A stretch of DNA of 64,000 bases, from the NCBI RefSeq assembly GCF_006345805.1, contig NC_043007.1, positions 22,382,001 through 22,446,000 on the forward strand, given 5' to 3'. The notes beneath the pieces were generated by a model, which saw only the letters and a program-made list of their open reading frames with translations, was not told where the DNA came from and did not search any database. This document shows, piece by piece, positions 1-10,870 of this stretch; position 1 is the stretch's first letter; every line of letters begins with the position of its first letter. The translations under genes and the position numbers were made by a program. This stretch comes from Octopus sinensis (taxonomy: Eukaryota).

Positions 1-275
1 AATAAATAAATAAGTTGACATAATATAATGTCTCAAAGTTGATGAACCACCTATTGGTCCACTCCATTTTCTTATTGCTCTCTATATACATGTACATATT
101 TACCTAGTTATACACACACATGTGTGTGCATGATGAGCTTCTTTTAGTTTCCATCTACCATATTCACTCACAAGGCTTTGGTCGGCCTGAGGCTTTAGAA
201 GAAACCACTTTCCATGTTCCCGCAGTGTGGGACTGAACCCAGGACCATGTGGTTGGGAAGCAAACTTTTTACCAC

Positions 276-692
276 ATACTCTTTTACTTGTTTCAGCCAT
301 GTGACTGTGGCCATGCTGAAGCACCGCCTTTAGTCGAGCAAATCGACCCCGGGACTTATTCTTTGTAAGCCCAGTACTTATTCTATCGATCTCTTTTGCC
401 GAACCGCTAAGTGACGGGGACGTAAACACACCAGCATCGGTTGTCAAGCAATGCTAGGGGGACAAACACAGACACACAAACATATACACACACACTTATA
501 TATATATATATATATACATATATACGACAGGCTTCTTTTAGTTTCCGTCTACCAAATCCACTCACAAGGCTTTGGTCGGCCCGGGGCTATAGCAGGAGAC
601 ACTTGCCCAAGATGCCACGCAGTGGGACTGAACCCGGAACCATGTGGTTGGTTAGCAAGCTACTTACCACACAGCCACTCCTGCGCCTATAG
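276..692 (-). mobile_element. tRNA-derived composite SINE, family A (about 400 bp)
   Basis: Head with Pol III A-box (TGGCTGTGTGG) and B-box-like (GGTTCAGTCC) motifs, an internal (TA/TG)n tract, and a 3' tail ending cagtc-aaat-gactg-aaacaagtaaaagagt. Further copies: 2099-2492(+), 8247-8645(-), 25931-26350(+), 27615-27935(-), 29770-30188(-), 33781-34200(-), 40077-40482(-), 42240-42575(-), 44943-45342(-), 49690-50090(-), 58295-58680(-), 60404-60815(+), 62095-62490(-); boundaries approximate. Confidence 0.85.
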
Positions 693-1681
693 GTATTTTT
701 TTTTTTGTTTTAGTTGTAGGGTGGAGTTTCAAAATGTAAACTGATTGCAGTTCCTTCTATTTAATCTGCTTCTTTGGTAATTTCAGTATATTTTTGTTTT
801 TTCTTGTATCAGATAGGAATTTGAAATATTCTTTAATTTTTCTGGAAACTAGATAACATATCAGAATGTAATCATATATCTGTTGTGAATTTTTCTGCTA
901 AATTCACAAAAGAAAACTTCTGTCTTGTATGCATTTGATAAATTTGCTTCTTATAAATAAATGTTTCTTGTAAATTCTTGCATAAAACGCATTAGAATTT
1001 TCACACAAGAATTTTGTCACACCATTGCATTTCATAAGCCTTGTGTGTTGCAAAGTAAATTATCTCAGAAAGTTATGTGATGCAGTGAGAGATAACCATG
1101 TTCTCTGGTATATTCAATCAGATGAAATTTACTTGTGGCAACATTCACCCTGGGCGGGTTGAGTCAGCTTCTTCTACTCATGGAAGAAGTTTTGTGGGAA
1201 TATGTGGATTTCACAAGCGATCCCCAACAATCCTGCATGTGGAGACATCCTGTTTGCCGCAGATTGTCCGCAGACGCAGGGACAGAACGACCGAGGAGCT
1301 GCTGGTTGCCAAAGCAGACACTCCGAGGATTTTTCACCAGAGCCCCGTCTGCCGGGTTGTGGCCCTAATACCACTCGGTGTCAGACCAATCCACCTTGAG
1401 TGGCCCTACCAGGAACCAAAGTTCCCGACGGCATAGCTCTGACACTACCCGTTGCCAGCATCCCCACCACGGTGAGGAGGGGATGGACTTTGGGGACGCA
1501 GGAGGGGATGGACTTTGGGGAATTTATGTAAAGCACAAAAAAAGTTGCTTACCTTCTTTCTACTAAACTTGGTGTTACTATAACCAGTGTGTGTGTACTT
1601 GTATTTGTGATGACTTTATTTTATTGAACCCTTATATGTCGTTCACGACAAGAGAACCCATCAATATATATATATATATAT

Positions 1682-2070
1682 ACTAGCAGTATCGCCCGGC
1701 GTTGCTCGGGTTTGTAAGGGAAATAACTATATAAGCATTTTTAGAGATGTAAAGTATAATAGCCATCTCAATATGGCTAACCACAAAGGGGGGGGGTGTT
1801 ACTGTAGCTTTTTACGTTCTGAGATTTAATAATACATTTTTAGAGAGTTACTTCCCTTATATATGCCAAAAATGCATTAAAAATGTGAAAAATTGATGGT
1901 AAATTTTTTTTTAAATCGTAGACTCGCGCTAATACCCAGAAGGGCTCGATATGAATCACGACTATAAGATACTCGGTTTTGGTTAAACTGCACCGCAAAA
2001 TGTGGGAGTAGTTAGGAATCTAAATCGTAGGAGACAGACAGCACACAACCTCTCTTTTATATATAAAGAT
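1682..2070 (+). mobile_element. Non-autonomous Helitron/Helentron-like (HINE/DINE-type) element
   Basis: Starts ACTAG followed by the short palindrome cccggcgttgctcggg; ends with a gaca-type microsatellite and TTTTATATATAAAGAT; no TSD. Near-identical copies at 19733-20100(-), 34393-34778(-) and 43188-43560(-). Superfamily assigned by end structure only. Confidence 0.6.
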
Positions 2071-2493
2071 ATATATATGTATATATATATATATAGGTGT
2101 AGGAGTGGCTGTGTGGTAAGTAGCTTGCTTACCAACCACATGGTTCAGGGTTCAGTCCCACTATGTGGCACCTTGGGCAAGTGTCTTCTACTATAGCCTC
2201 AGGCCGACCAAAGCCTTATGAGTGGATTTGGTAGATGGAAACTGAAAGAAGCCCGTCGTATATATGTATATATATATATGTATGTATGTGTTTGTGTGTC
2301 TGTGTTTGTCCTCCCAACATCGCTTGACAACCGATGCTGGTGTGTTTATGTCCCCGTAACTTAGTGGTTCGGCAAAAGAGACCGATAGAATACGTACTAG
2401 GCTTACAAAGAATAAGTCCTGGGGTCGATTTGCTCGACTAAAGGTGGTGCTCCAGCATGGCCACAGTCAAATGACTGAAACAAGTAAAAGAGA

Positions 2494-2528
<35 letters not shown>

Positions 2529-2809
2529 ATTATGTGCTTGTCTTTGTGTTTATGTTTGTCTCCCTTCCTGCTCCTTCCCCCACCACTCCACCGTTTGACA
2601 AGAGATGTTAGTTTGTTTAGGTGCCCTTAACCTGATCAGTAAAGGGGGACTGAGATGATTGAGTAAGAACCAGATTTAAAAATAAACTGCCCCCCCCCCC
2701 AATTCCCAGGATTGATTTGTTTGACTAAAAACCATTGATGCTGATCTCTCAAGCATGGCTGTAAGTTCAATAACCGAAACAAGTTAAAAGATTTATGTGC
2801 ATATAATCA

Positions 2810-2875
2810 TGTAATATATATATACACACACATATATATATATATATATATACATACATATATATATATACATAC

Positions 2876-2909
<34 letters not shown>

Positions 2910-3350
2910 CCACATATATATATATGTACACACATATATATATATACATATATATACACACATATATATATATACAAATATATACACATATATATATACA
3001 AATATATACACATATATATATACAAATATATACATATATATATATACAGATATATGCACATATATATATATACAGATATATGCACATATATATATACATA
3101 TATATATACACACATATATATTTACACATATATATACACACATATATATATACACACATATATATATACACACACACATATATATATATATACATACATA
3201 CATACATATATATATACATATACATATATGTATACATATATATATACATACATATATGCATACATATATATATACATACATATATGCATACATATATATA
3301 CATATACATATATATACATATACATATACATACATATATATATATATATT
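2810..3350. repeat. (TA)/(CA) compound microsatellite with higher-order units
   Basis: Alternating TA/CA tract with recurring units of about 22-24 bp such as atatatatatacaaatatatacac. Source of the spurious Y/I/H/T ORFs. Confidence 0.95.
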
Positions 3351-3619
3351 AAAATCCTTTCCCCTTCCTAGCTCACACACATTACCAGGACACCTGTATA
3401 GTTACTATGGTTACGAATGGAAGCTCGGAAAAACAAATAGAAAAATGAAATGAAATTTTGTATCAGCCAGATCAATAACTAATATTTGGTGGACAGATAT
3501 GAATGGAGGAAATATAGATTTTAAAAATGTCAGCACTCTTGGATCTCTCTCTCTTGTAAAGCAACTTTATGTACCTGTCACGCTGCTGTGCTAACATCTT
3601 TGCCTACACAACACAGTAG

Positions 3620-4270
3620 GAGTAGTGGTGGTGGTATTGGTGGTGATGGTTGTAGTAGTACTGTTGGTGGTGATATTAGTAGTGGTGGTGGTGGTGGTAG
3701 TGGTGGTGGTGGTAGTGGTGGTAGTGGTGGTGGTGGTGTTGGTGGTATTGGTGGTGGTGGTGGTGGTAGTGGTGGTAGTAGTGGTGGTGGTGGTAGTTGG
3801 TGGTATTGGTGGTGGTGGTGGTGGTAGTGGTATTAGTATTGGTGGTGGTGGTGGTAGTGGTGGTAGTAGTAGTGGTGGTGGTAGTTGGTGGTATTGGTGG
3901 TGGTGGTAGTGGTGGTAGTAGTGGTGGTGGTGGTAGTTGGTGGTATTGGTGGTGGTGGTAGTGGTGGTAGTAGTGGTGGTGGTGGTAGTTGGTGGTATGG
4001 TGGTGGTGGTGGTGGTATTGGTGGTGGTGGTGGTGGTGGTGGTAGTGGTGGTAGTAGTGGTGGTGGTGGTAGTTGGTGGTATTGGTGGTGGTGGTAGTGG
4101 TGGTAGTAGTGGTGGTGGTGGTAGTTGGTGGTATTGGTGGTGGTGGTAGTAGTGGTGGTGGTGGTAGTTGGTGGTATTGGTGGTGGTGGTGGTGGTGGTG
4201 GTATTGGTGGTGGTGGTGGTTGTAATGGTGTTGGTAGTAGTAGTAGGTATTGGTGGTAGCGGTGGTATTA
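3620..4270. repeat. (GGT)n/(TAG)n compound microsatellite with higher-order repeat
   Basis: About 650 bp G-rich tract with the recurring block tagttggtggtattggtggtggtggtagtggtggtagtagtggtggtggtgg. Confidence 0.95.
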
Positions 4271-4510
4271 GTAGTGGCAACGAGCTGGCAGAAACGTTAG
4301 CACGCCGGGCGAAAATGCTTAGCAGTATTTCGTCTGCCGTTACGTTCTGAGTTCAAATTCCGCCAAGGTTGACTTTGCCTTTCATCCTTTCGGGGTCGAT
4401 AAATTAAGTACCAGTTACACACTGGGATCGATATAATCGACCCAATCCGTGTGTCTGTCTTTGTTTGTCCCCTCTGTGTTTAGCCCCTTGTGGGTAGTAA
4501 AGAAATAGGT
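4270..4510 (+). mobile_element. tRNA-derived CORE-like SINE, family B (about 230 bp)
   Basis: Head gagctggcagaaacgttagc...gttctgagttcaaattccgcc, central gcctttcatcctttcggggtcgat, tail tttagccccttgtgggtagtaaagaaata. Other copies: 10218-10440(-), 17974-18120(-), 27951-28160(+), 40617-40850(+), 50530-50708(+), 55035-55260(+), 56590-56820(+), 58733-58963(+), 59408-59645(-). Probably one of the described Octopus OR/OK SINE families (not verified). Confidence 0.85.
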
Positions 4511-4804
4511 ATTAGTAGTGGTGGTGGTGATAATGGTGTTTGTAGTAGTAGTAGGTGTGGGTGGTTTTAGGTGGTATTGGTGATGGTCCTTCTGCTACAA
4601 GCACAAGGCCTGATTTTTGGGAGAGGTGGAGGTAGTTAATTACATTGACCTCCAGTACGCAACTGGTATTTATTTTATCGATGCCAAAAGGATGAAAGTC
4701 AATCTCTGTGGAATTCAAACTCAGAATGTAAAAACCAGCAAAATGCTGCAAAACATTTTCTCCAGTGTCCGAATGATTCTCCTGACTCACCACATTAATA
4801 ATAA

Positions 4805-5626
4805 CTAGTAGCATAGCCCAGGTATGTAAGAGCCCCTAGTAGGCAACGACTAATCCCAATCTAGTCCTTTCCCTCTTGGGAACAAAGGCGCATGTGTAGG
4901 TTGCAATGTCTTCCCTTCACTCGAATACTTCTGTGTATACGATGTTCCTAGCTGTCCCTTTGGGCGAAAACATGAAAACATCATTGCGCCTCCCAAGACA
5001 GTTAAAAAGGTCGAGTTGCGTCCCCTAGACAGTCTGTGGTTTGTGTTTAATTCACAAATCGGTTTGCTATGTGTGCCACATATGATTTAATTAACCGACT
5101 TTTTCCAGTTATAAAGTATCCTATTGGAATAAAAAGGGCCATATAGCTCCTTGGAGCAGACATGATGCTCGCTGTGAATTAAAAAAAACATTCCTGCCAA
5201 TTTGTGAAAGATATTGTCGAAAATATGTCATCTTGAATTTGAACGCGATTTCCCAAAATGGCATGATTTTATCGATTTTTTTCTGATGGTAAGGTATTGC
5301 ATGGAAAACTAACATAAGAATTAAGTTTCTTAAGGTAACATTAAGCTTCACCATGAGTTTGGTGAAAATCGATTGCAAGTTGCGAAAACTACAACAGAAA
5401 ATGTGTTGCATATAAAAAGCTTAGATTCTCGACCCCATGTCGAATTTATCGATTTTTTCAGAACTGGGGGAACTTTTCAAAATTTTCGCTGCGTTTGTTT
5501 TGAATTATGACATTGGGCTATGCGTGTGTCAAGTTTCATCAGAATCGGTTGAAAGCCGTGGTCAGGGTGAGGGTACAACCTGACAGACACACAGACAGAC
5601 AAACTGCTGTTTATATAGAGAGAGAT
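4805..5626 (+). mobile_element. Longer Helentron-like non-autonomous element
   Basis: Begins actagtagcatagccc and ends gacagacacacagacagacaaactgctgtttatatagagagagat, the same end architecture as 1682-2070 with a different body. A related end fragment is at about 13030-13200(-). Confidence 0.4.
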
Positions 5627-5629
5627 AAT

Positions 5630-6690
5630 AATAATAATAATCCTTTTTACTAAAGGTACAAGGTCTGAAATTTGGCTGGAGGGGATTGGTTGATTACATC
5701 AACCTCAGTGTTTTATGGGTACTTAATTTATTGACCCCGAAAGGATGATAAGCAAATTCAACCATGGCGGAATTTGAACTCAGCACAGAGCAACAGGCAA
5801 AATCCTGCTAAGTATTTCATCCAGTGTGCTAACAATTCTGCCAGCTTGCTGCTTTAATAATAATAATGATAATAATAAAAATAATAATAATAATAACGAT
5901 GATGACAATGATTTCAAGTTTTGGCACAAGGCCAACAATTTTTTTTGATGGGGGGAGGATAAATCAATTACATCGACTCTAGTACTCAACTGCTGCATAT
6001 TTTATTGGCACCAAGAGGATGAAAGGCACAGTCAACCTCAGTGGAATTTGAACTCGGAATGCAAGGACAGATGCAGTACCCCTAAGCATTTTGCCCAGCC
6101 TGCTAACAATTCTGCCAGCTTGCTGCCCTAATAATAATGATAATAATAATAATCCTTTCTACTATTGATACAAGGCCTGAAATTTTGGTGGGGAAGGTAC
6201 TAGTTGATTACATCAACCCCAGTATTTCACTGGTACTTAATTTATTGACCCTGAAAGGATGAAAGGCAAAGTCAACCTCTGCAGAATTTGAACTCAGAAT
6301 GTAGCTACAGGTGAAATACTGCTAAGCATTGATTCTAATGATTCTGCCAGCTCATCACCTTAATAATAATGATGATGATGATTTCAAACTTTGCCCATAA
6401 GGGCAGCAATTTTGGAGGAGGAGATGAGTCAATTACATCGACCCCCCCCCCCTCAAAGGATGAAAGATAAAGTTGACCTCGAAGGAATTTGAACTCAGAA
6501 CATAGCGATGCATGAAATACTGCTAAGCATTCCATCCAGCATGCTAACGATTCTGCCAGCTTGCCGTCTTACTAATGATAATAATAATCCTTGCTAATGG
6601 AAGCACAAGGCCTGAAATTTGAGGGGAGGGGGTCTAGTCGATTACATCAACCCCAGTGCGTAACTGATTCTTAATTTATCACCCCTGAAA
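5630..6690 (-). mobile_element. Cluster of five degenerate CORE-like SINEs with (AAT/GAT)n tails
   Basis: Five successive copies of the accccgaaaggatgaaaggc...ggaatttgaactcag module, separated by taataat tracts. Confidence 0.8.
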
Positions 6691-6697
6691 AATAATT

Positions 6698-7075
6698 TTA
6701 CCTACAAGGGCAACCTCACTAAGAAACGAACAAGGGACAACAATCAATGTACACCAACAAACTGTCCCATCTGTGACACAGATTTATGCCAATGGGTAAA
6801 TGTTGTGTATAGAATACAATGTAACAAATGCAACAAGTTCTATGTGGGTAGCACAACAAGACCGTTACACGTCCGCATCAAAGAACATCTGAACACGAGA
6901 GCTTCCTCCTTCAGAAAACATCTAGACAGATGCCGGAACACCGACAAAAGCATAACAGTCGCAATTGAGGCCAATGAAAGAAATTTGGGTAATTTAAGGA
7001 TTAAGGAAGCTATACTCATACACTGACTAGGGCTCCAAATTAACAACAGGCTGGAGGTTGGTAATCAATACATTA
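6698..7075 (+). mobile_element. Penelope-like retroelement GIY-YIG endonuclease fragment
   Basis: Frame reads CTPTNCPICDTDLCQWVNVVYRIQCNKCNKFYVGSTTRPLHVRIKEH...NLRIKEAILIH*LGLQINNR: VVY-x-YVG motif, RxxEH, conserved E, N and an upstream Cys cluster typical of PLE endonucleases. One in-frame stop at 7024-7026. Confidence 0.88.
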
Positions 7076-7449
7076 TTTAGATACATCTGGATGTGTGTAG
7101 GTTCATTTTTGATAATATGCTCATCTGTAGTTTATAACAAAAAAAAAAGGAGAGAATAGAGGGGAAAAAAGGAAGCTTCACGTTTAATACGTAACTTAGA
7201 AGCAGTGCTACAGATGTACCAGCACACATGAGATTGAGACATGGTCAACCTCACACACTTCCCATGAGGAATTCTGGAAGGAGCATCATGAAACCACTGC
7301 TGAGACACTTCCACAAAATAAAAAAGAAAAGCCATTAGAAAACTGATTATATCGACTCCATCTAAGAATATCTGAAGAAGGAATATTATTCCGAAATATC
7401 ATATCAGACTATGGATGACTAAATTACAACAGTTATTATAGCCCAGGGC

Positions 7450-7762
7450 AGTCTGGCATTGGCCACGATCGGTTGGTGCTTTCAACGTGCCACCGGCCCT
7501 GACTGGCTTCCGTGCCGGTGGCACGTTAAAAGTACCAACCGATCGTGGCCGATGCCAGACACCCCTGGCACCTGTGACGGTGGCACATAAAAAGCACCCA
7601 CTACACTCGCAGAGTGGTTGGCGTTAGGAAGGGCATCCAGCTGTAGAAACACTGCCAGATCAGACTGGAGCCTGGTGCAGCCCCTGGCTTCCCAGACCCC
7701 GGTCGAACTGTCCAACCCGTGCTAGCGTGGAGAACGGACATTAAACGATGATGATGATGATG
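7450..7762 (+). mobile_element. RTE-tailed SINE-like repeat, family C
   Basis: Internal ttttacgtgccaccggcac subrepeats, then ggttggcgttaggaagggcatccagctgtagaaac...ggacgttaaacgatgatgatg with a (GAT)n tail. Other copies at about 11350-11685, 12500-12655, 39450-39625, 45930-46090, 47400-47775 (+) and 31220-31420, 39085-39255, 56340-56490, 57613-57815, 60006-60285 (-). Confidence 0.75.
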
Positions 7763-9019
7763 ATTGTCTGTATTATAGTGCATTGTTGTACCATTCAAAA
7801 CTTTTTATTCTTTACAAACAATACACAATGCTTCAAGCAAACTACAATACTCTCCGGTAATAAGAGCATTGAGATAGCACAAACCTCTGCCAAGGCAACA
7901 CCAATGTCCTTTCAACGATTAGCCAGAGATGATTTTTAAAATGAGAATATCTGAAATAAACTCGACTGCTCTTAAAAGTTAAGTAAAAAAAAAACCAGAA
8001 TGAATAATCCAGAATCATTGTCCGGTACTAGATTGATCCCAAAATCTAATCAGTTCAATCCAGTCATGAGACCAAAGAAACTTTTGGGGAAAAAATGTGG
8101 ATTATACTCGAGGATTTATGGTAGTTAAGAAGTTAGAGAAAGGGTGCGTATTATACACAAGGTTTAGGTTTTTAAGAGGTATAGTCCCCTAAAATCCCCT
8201 GCGTATTATACTCAAGGGCGGACTATACTCGAGGATTTACGGTATACTCTTTACTCTTTTACTTGTTTCAGTCATTTGACTGCGGCCATGCTGGAGTACC
8301 ACCTTTAGTCGAGCAAATCGACCCCAGGACTTATTCTTTGTAAGCCCAGTACTTATTCTATCGGTTTCTTTTGCCGAACCGCTAAGTGACGGGGACATAA
8401 ACACACCAGCATCAGTTGTCAAGCAATGCTAGGGGGACAAACACAGACACACAAACACACACATGCATATATATATACATATATACGACAGGCTTCTTTC
8501 AGTTTCTGTCTACCAAATCCACTCACAAGGCATTGGTCGGCCCGGGGCTATAGCAGAAGACACTTGCCCAAGATGCCACGCAGTCGGACTGAACCTGGAA
8601 CCATGTGGTTGGTTAGCAAGCTACTTACCACACAGCCACTCCTATAAAGAAAAAAAAAAAATATCTGTTGCAATCTTGTAAGGCTTAATAAAGAATCATA
8701 TCAAGATCTGAAACAGTTATTACAAACAAAAGGAAATAAAATAAAAATAAAATAAATGTATTGTTCTTCATTAGTATTTTATTAGTACAGTTTCATTAGT
8801 TAAATTAGTAGCTTGTCTTGACCTTGGAATTCTCAGGAACATAATTGTTTTAATATTTCATTTGCTAATCTACTTTTGGCTGCAAGTAAAACATAAATAT
8901 AAAATAAAGAAATGCATAAATAAATAAATAAGTAAAAAAAAAAACAGAAATAGATAGATAAATAAGTATAAAAATAACATGGACATTCTTTCAATTACCT
9001 AATTGTTAGTAAATTATCT

Positions 9020-9088
9020 ATCTACTTTGCCAAATAGATGATTCCATGTATGTATGTGTGTGTGTGTACATGTAAGCATATGTATATA

Positions 9089-9133
<45 letters not shown>

Positions 9134-9570
9134 ATATATATATACATGTGTGTATGTATATAAGTAAACATATGTATATATACATACGTGTGTCTATGTA
9201 TATATATATAACAGATGTGTGTGTTTGTATGCACATGTGTGTGTGTATGTATGTATGTGTGTGCATATATACATACACACACATCTGTGTGTGTGTATAA
9301 ACGTGTGTGTTTGTCTGCCTGTGTGTGTATATATACATGCATGTGTATTTGTATACATGGATGTATGTTGGCATATATATATATATATATATATAAAAAC
9401 GTGTGTGTTTGTCTGCCTGTGTGTGTATATATACATGCATGCATGTGTATTTGTAAACATGGATGTATGTAGGTATATATATATATATATATATAAACGT
9501 GTGTGTTTGTCTGCCTGTGTTTGTATATATATATACATGCATGGATGTATGTAGATATATATATATACAG
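9020..9570. repeat. (TA/TG) microsatellite containing three tandem units of about 110 bp
   Basis: The block ataaacgtgtgtgtttgtctgcctgtgt...tacatggatgtatgt occurs three times between about 9295 and 9550. Confidence 0.85.
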
Positions 9571-10569
9571 TTGGATTTGTTTGTCTTTCTAATGACTACT
9601 TATTGACTCGCTGTCCCACAATGAACAAATGAAAAGGAAATGGCCTCTTTCCTTTCTATTTTAAGCTATTTGCCACATTTAAATTCTGAGTGGAAATTAC
9701 TTCCATTTACAGCTGGCCACTTCACTGCTCAAAATCTGAGTCGAAAACTTACTTGTTCCCTTGGCACGAAAATTTAATCTTGTATTACAAATTTTTCACT
9801 GCTTTCTTTTTGTTTTGTTTGACCCACTGACATCATAACTTGTTTTCTCAGGCACTAGGTTTTACCTTTTCTTTAATTTTTTCTTTTTTTCCCCCCTTAT
9901 CTGAAATCGGTTCATTTTAGGGTGCTTGAATTTTTGAAGCACTAAGTTAAAGCCATATAATATGAAGTGAGCAGATGAGAATCAATGTTGATTCTGGTTA
10001 CTAATTGCATGGGGCAGTTGTTCTAAGCATATTAATTTTTAATTGTGGCTCTCAGAATCGCCAGCTCCTTGCCAAACTGTCCAACCCATGCCAGCATGGA
10101 AAACGGATGTTAAATGATGATGATGTAAGGCACAATTATTAATTTACCAGACAAAATTTCTAGTAGCATTTTTAGTAATGGAAGGCAAGGTTTATGATAT
10201 CTGAGGAGTATCTATTTCTTTACTACCCACAAGGGGCTAAACACAGAGTGGACAAACAAGTACATACAAACGAATTAAGTCGATTATATCGACCCCAGTG
10301 CGTAACTGGTACTTATTTCATCGACCCCGAAAGGATGAAAGGCAAAGTCGACCTCGGCGGAATTTGAACCCAGAACGTAACCGCAGACGAAATACTACTA
10401 AGCATTTCGCTGGCGTGCTAACGATTCTGCCAGCTCTTCGCCCTGATATCTGAGGAATGTCATCTTCTTCCATCATCTCTTTCTTGTTCTTTATGTAGTT
10501 CAGGCTTTTGACAGGCAAAGAAAAAAAACTTGAAGCATAAATGCTATTTACAACTGGTTTATTTACAGG

Positions 10570-10870
10570 AAAGGGTGAAGTCGTGCTGTTCTCAGCTACC
10601 ATCTTAAGCTCCGATAGTGTGGGCACATAGCCACTGGAGATAGACAGGCAGAAGGCTCAGCCAGTGTTCGTGTTCAGCCAATGCTACTGTGTAAATGGCA
10701 CCAAAAGAGGCTGGTCTGAATCGGTTTCCCGTTTATATAGTTTTCTCCATCGCGAACCTCGTGATCTCGTGCATGGCAAAATGGGTGCAGGTGAGGTCTA
10801 GCTCCAGTCTCAGAGATGGCAATGGCTGCTGCGAGATCTCATCCAAAATGGCGCTGGCTGTTTGCACCGC
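10570..10870 (-). mobile_element. Degenerate RTE-type LINE ORF fragment (pre-RT region)
   Basis: Minus-strand translation AILDEISQQPLPSLRLELD...HEIT...LAEHEH...PTLSELK, with a stop and frameshift, resembles the linker N-terminal to RTE reverse transcriptases. Confidence 0.35.

Noticed and set aside
2099-2180. tRNA genes at SINE heads
   Set aside because: A/B boxes are present, but there is no cloverleaf with acceptor stem, and the sequence continues into SINE bodies.
2767-3380. Long ORFs rich in Y/I/C/M or H/T (also 9018-9554, 22927-23740, 60977-61722, 63564-63923)
   Set aside because: They are translations of dinucleotide microsatellites, which lack stop codons in several frames; no splice or homology support.
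3588-4280. Gly-, Val- or Thr/Pro-rich ORFs up to 229 aa
   Set aside because: Artefact of the (GGT)n tract.
9753-9900. AG/GTAAG-bounded minus-strand exon candidate
   Set aside because: All three frames contain stop codons.
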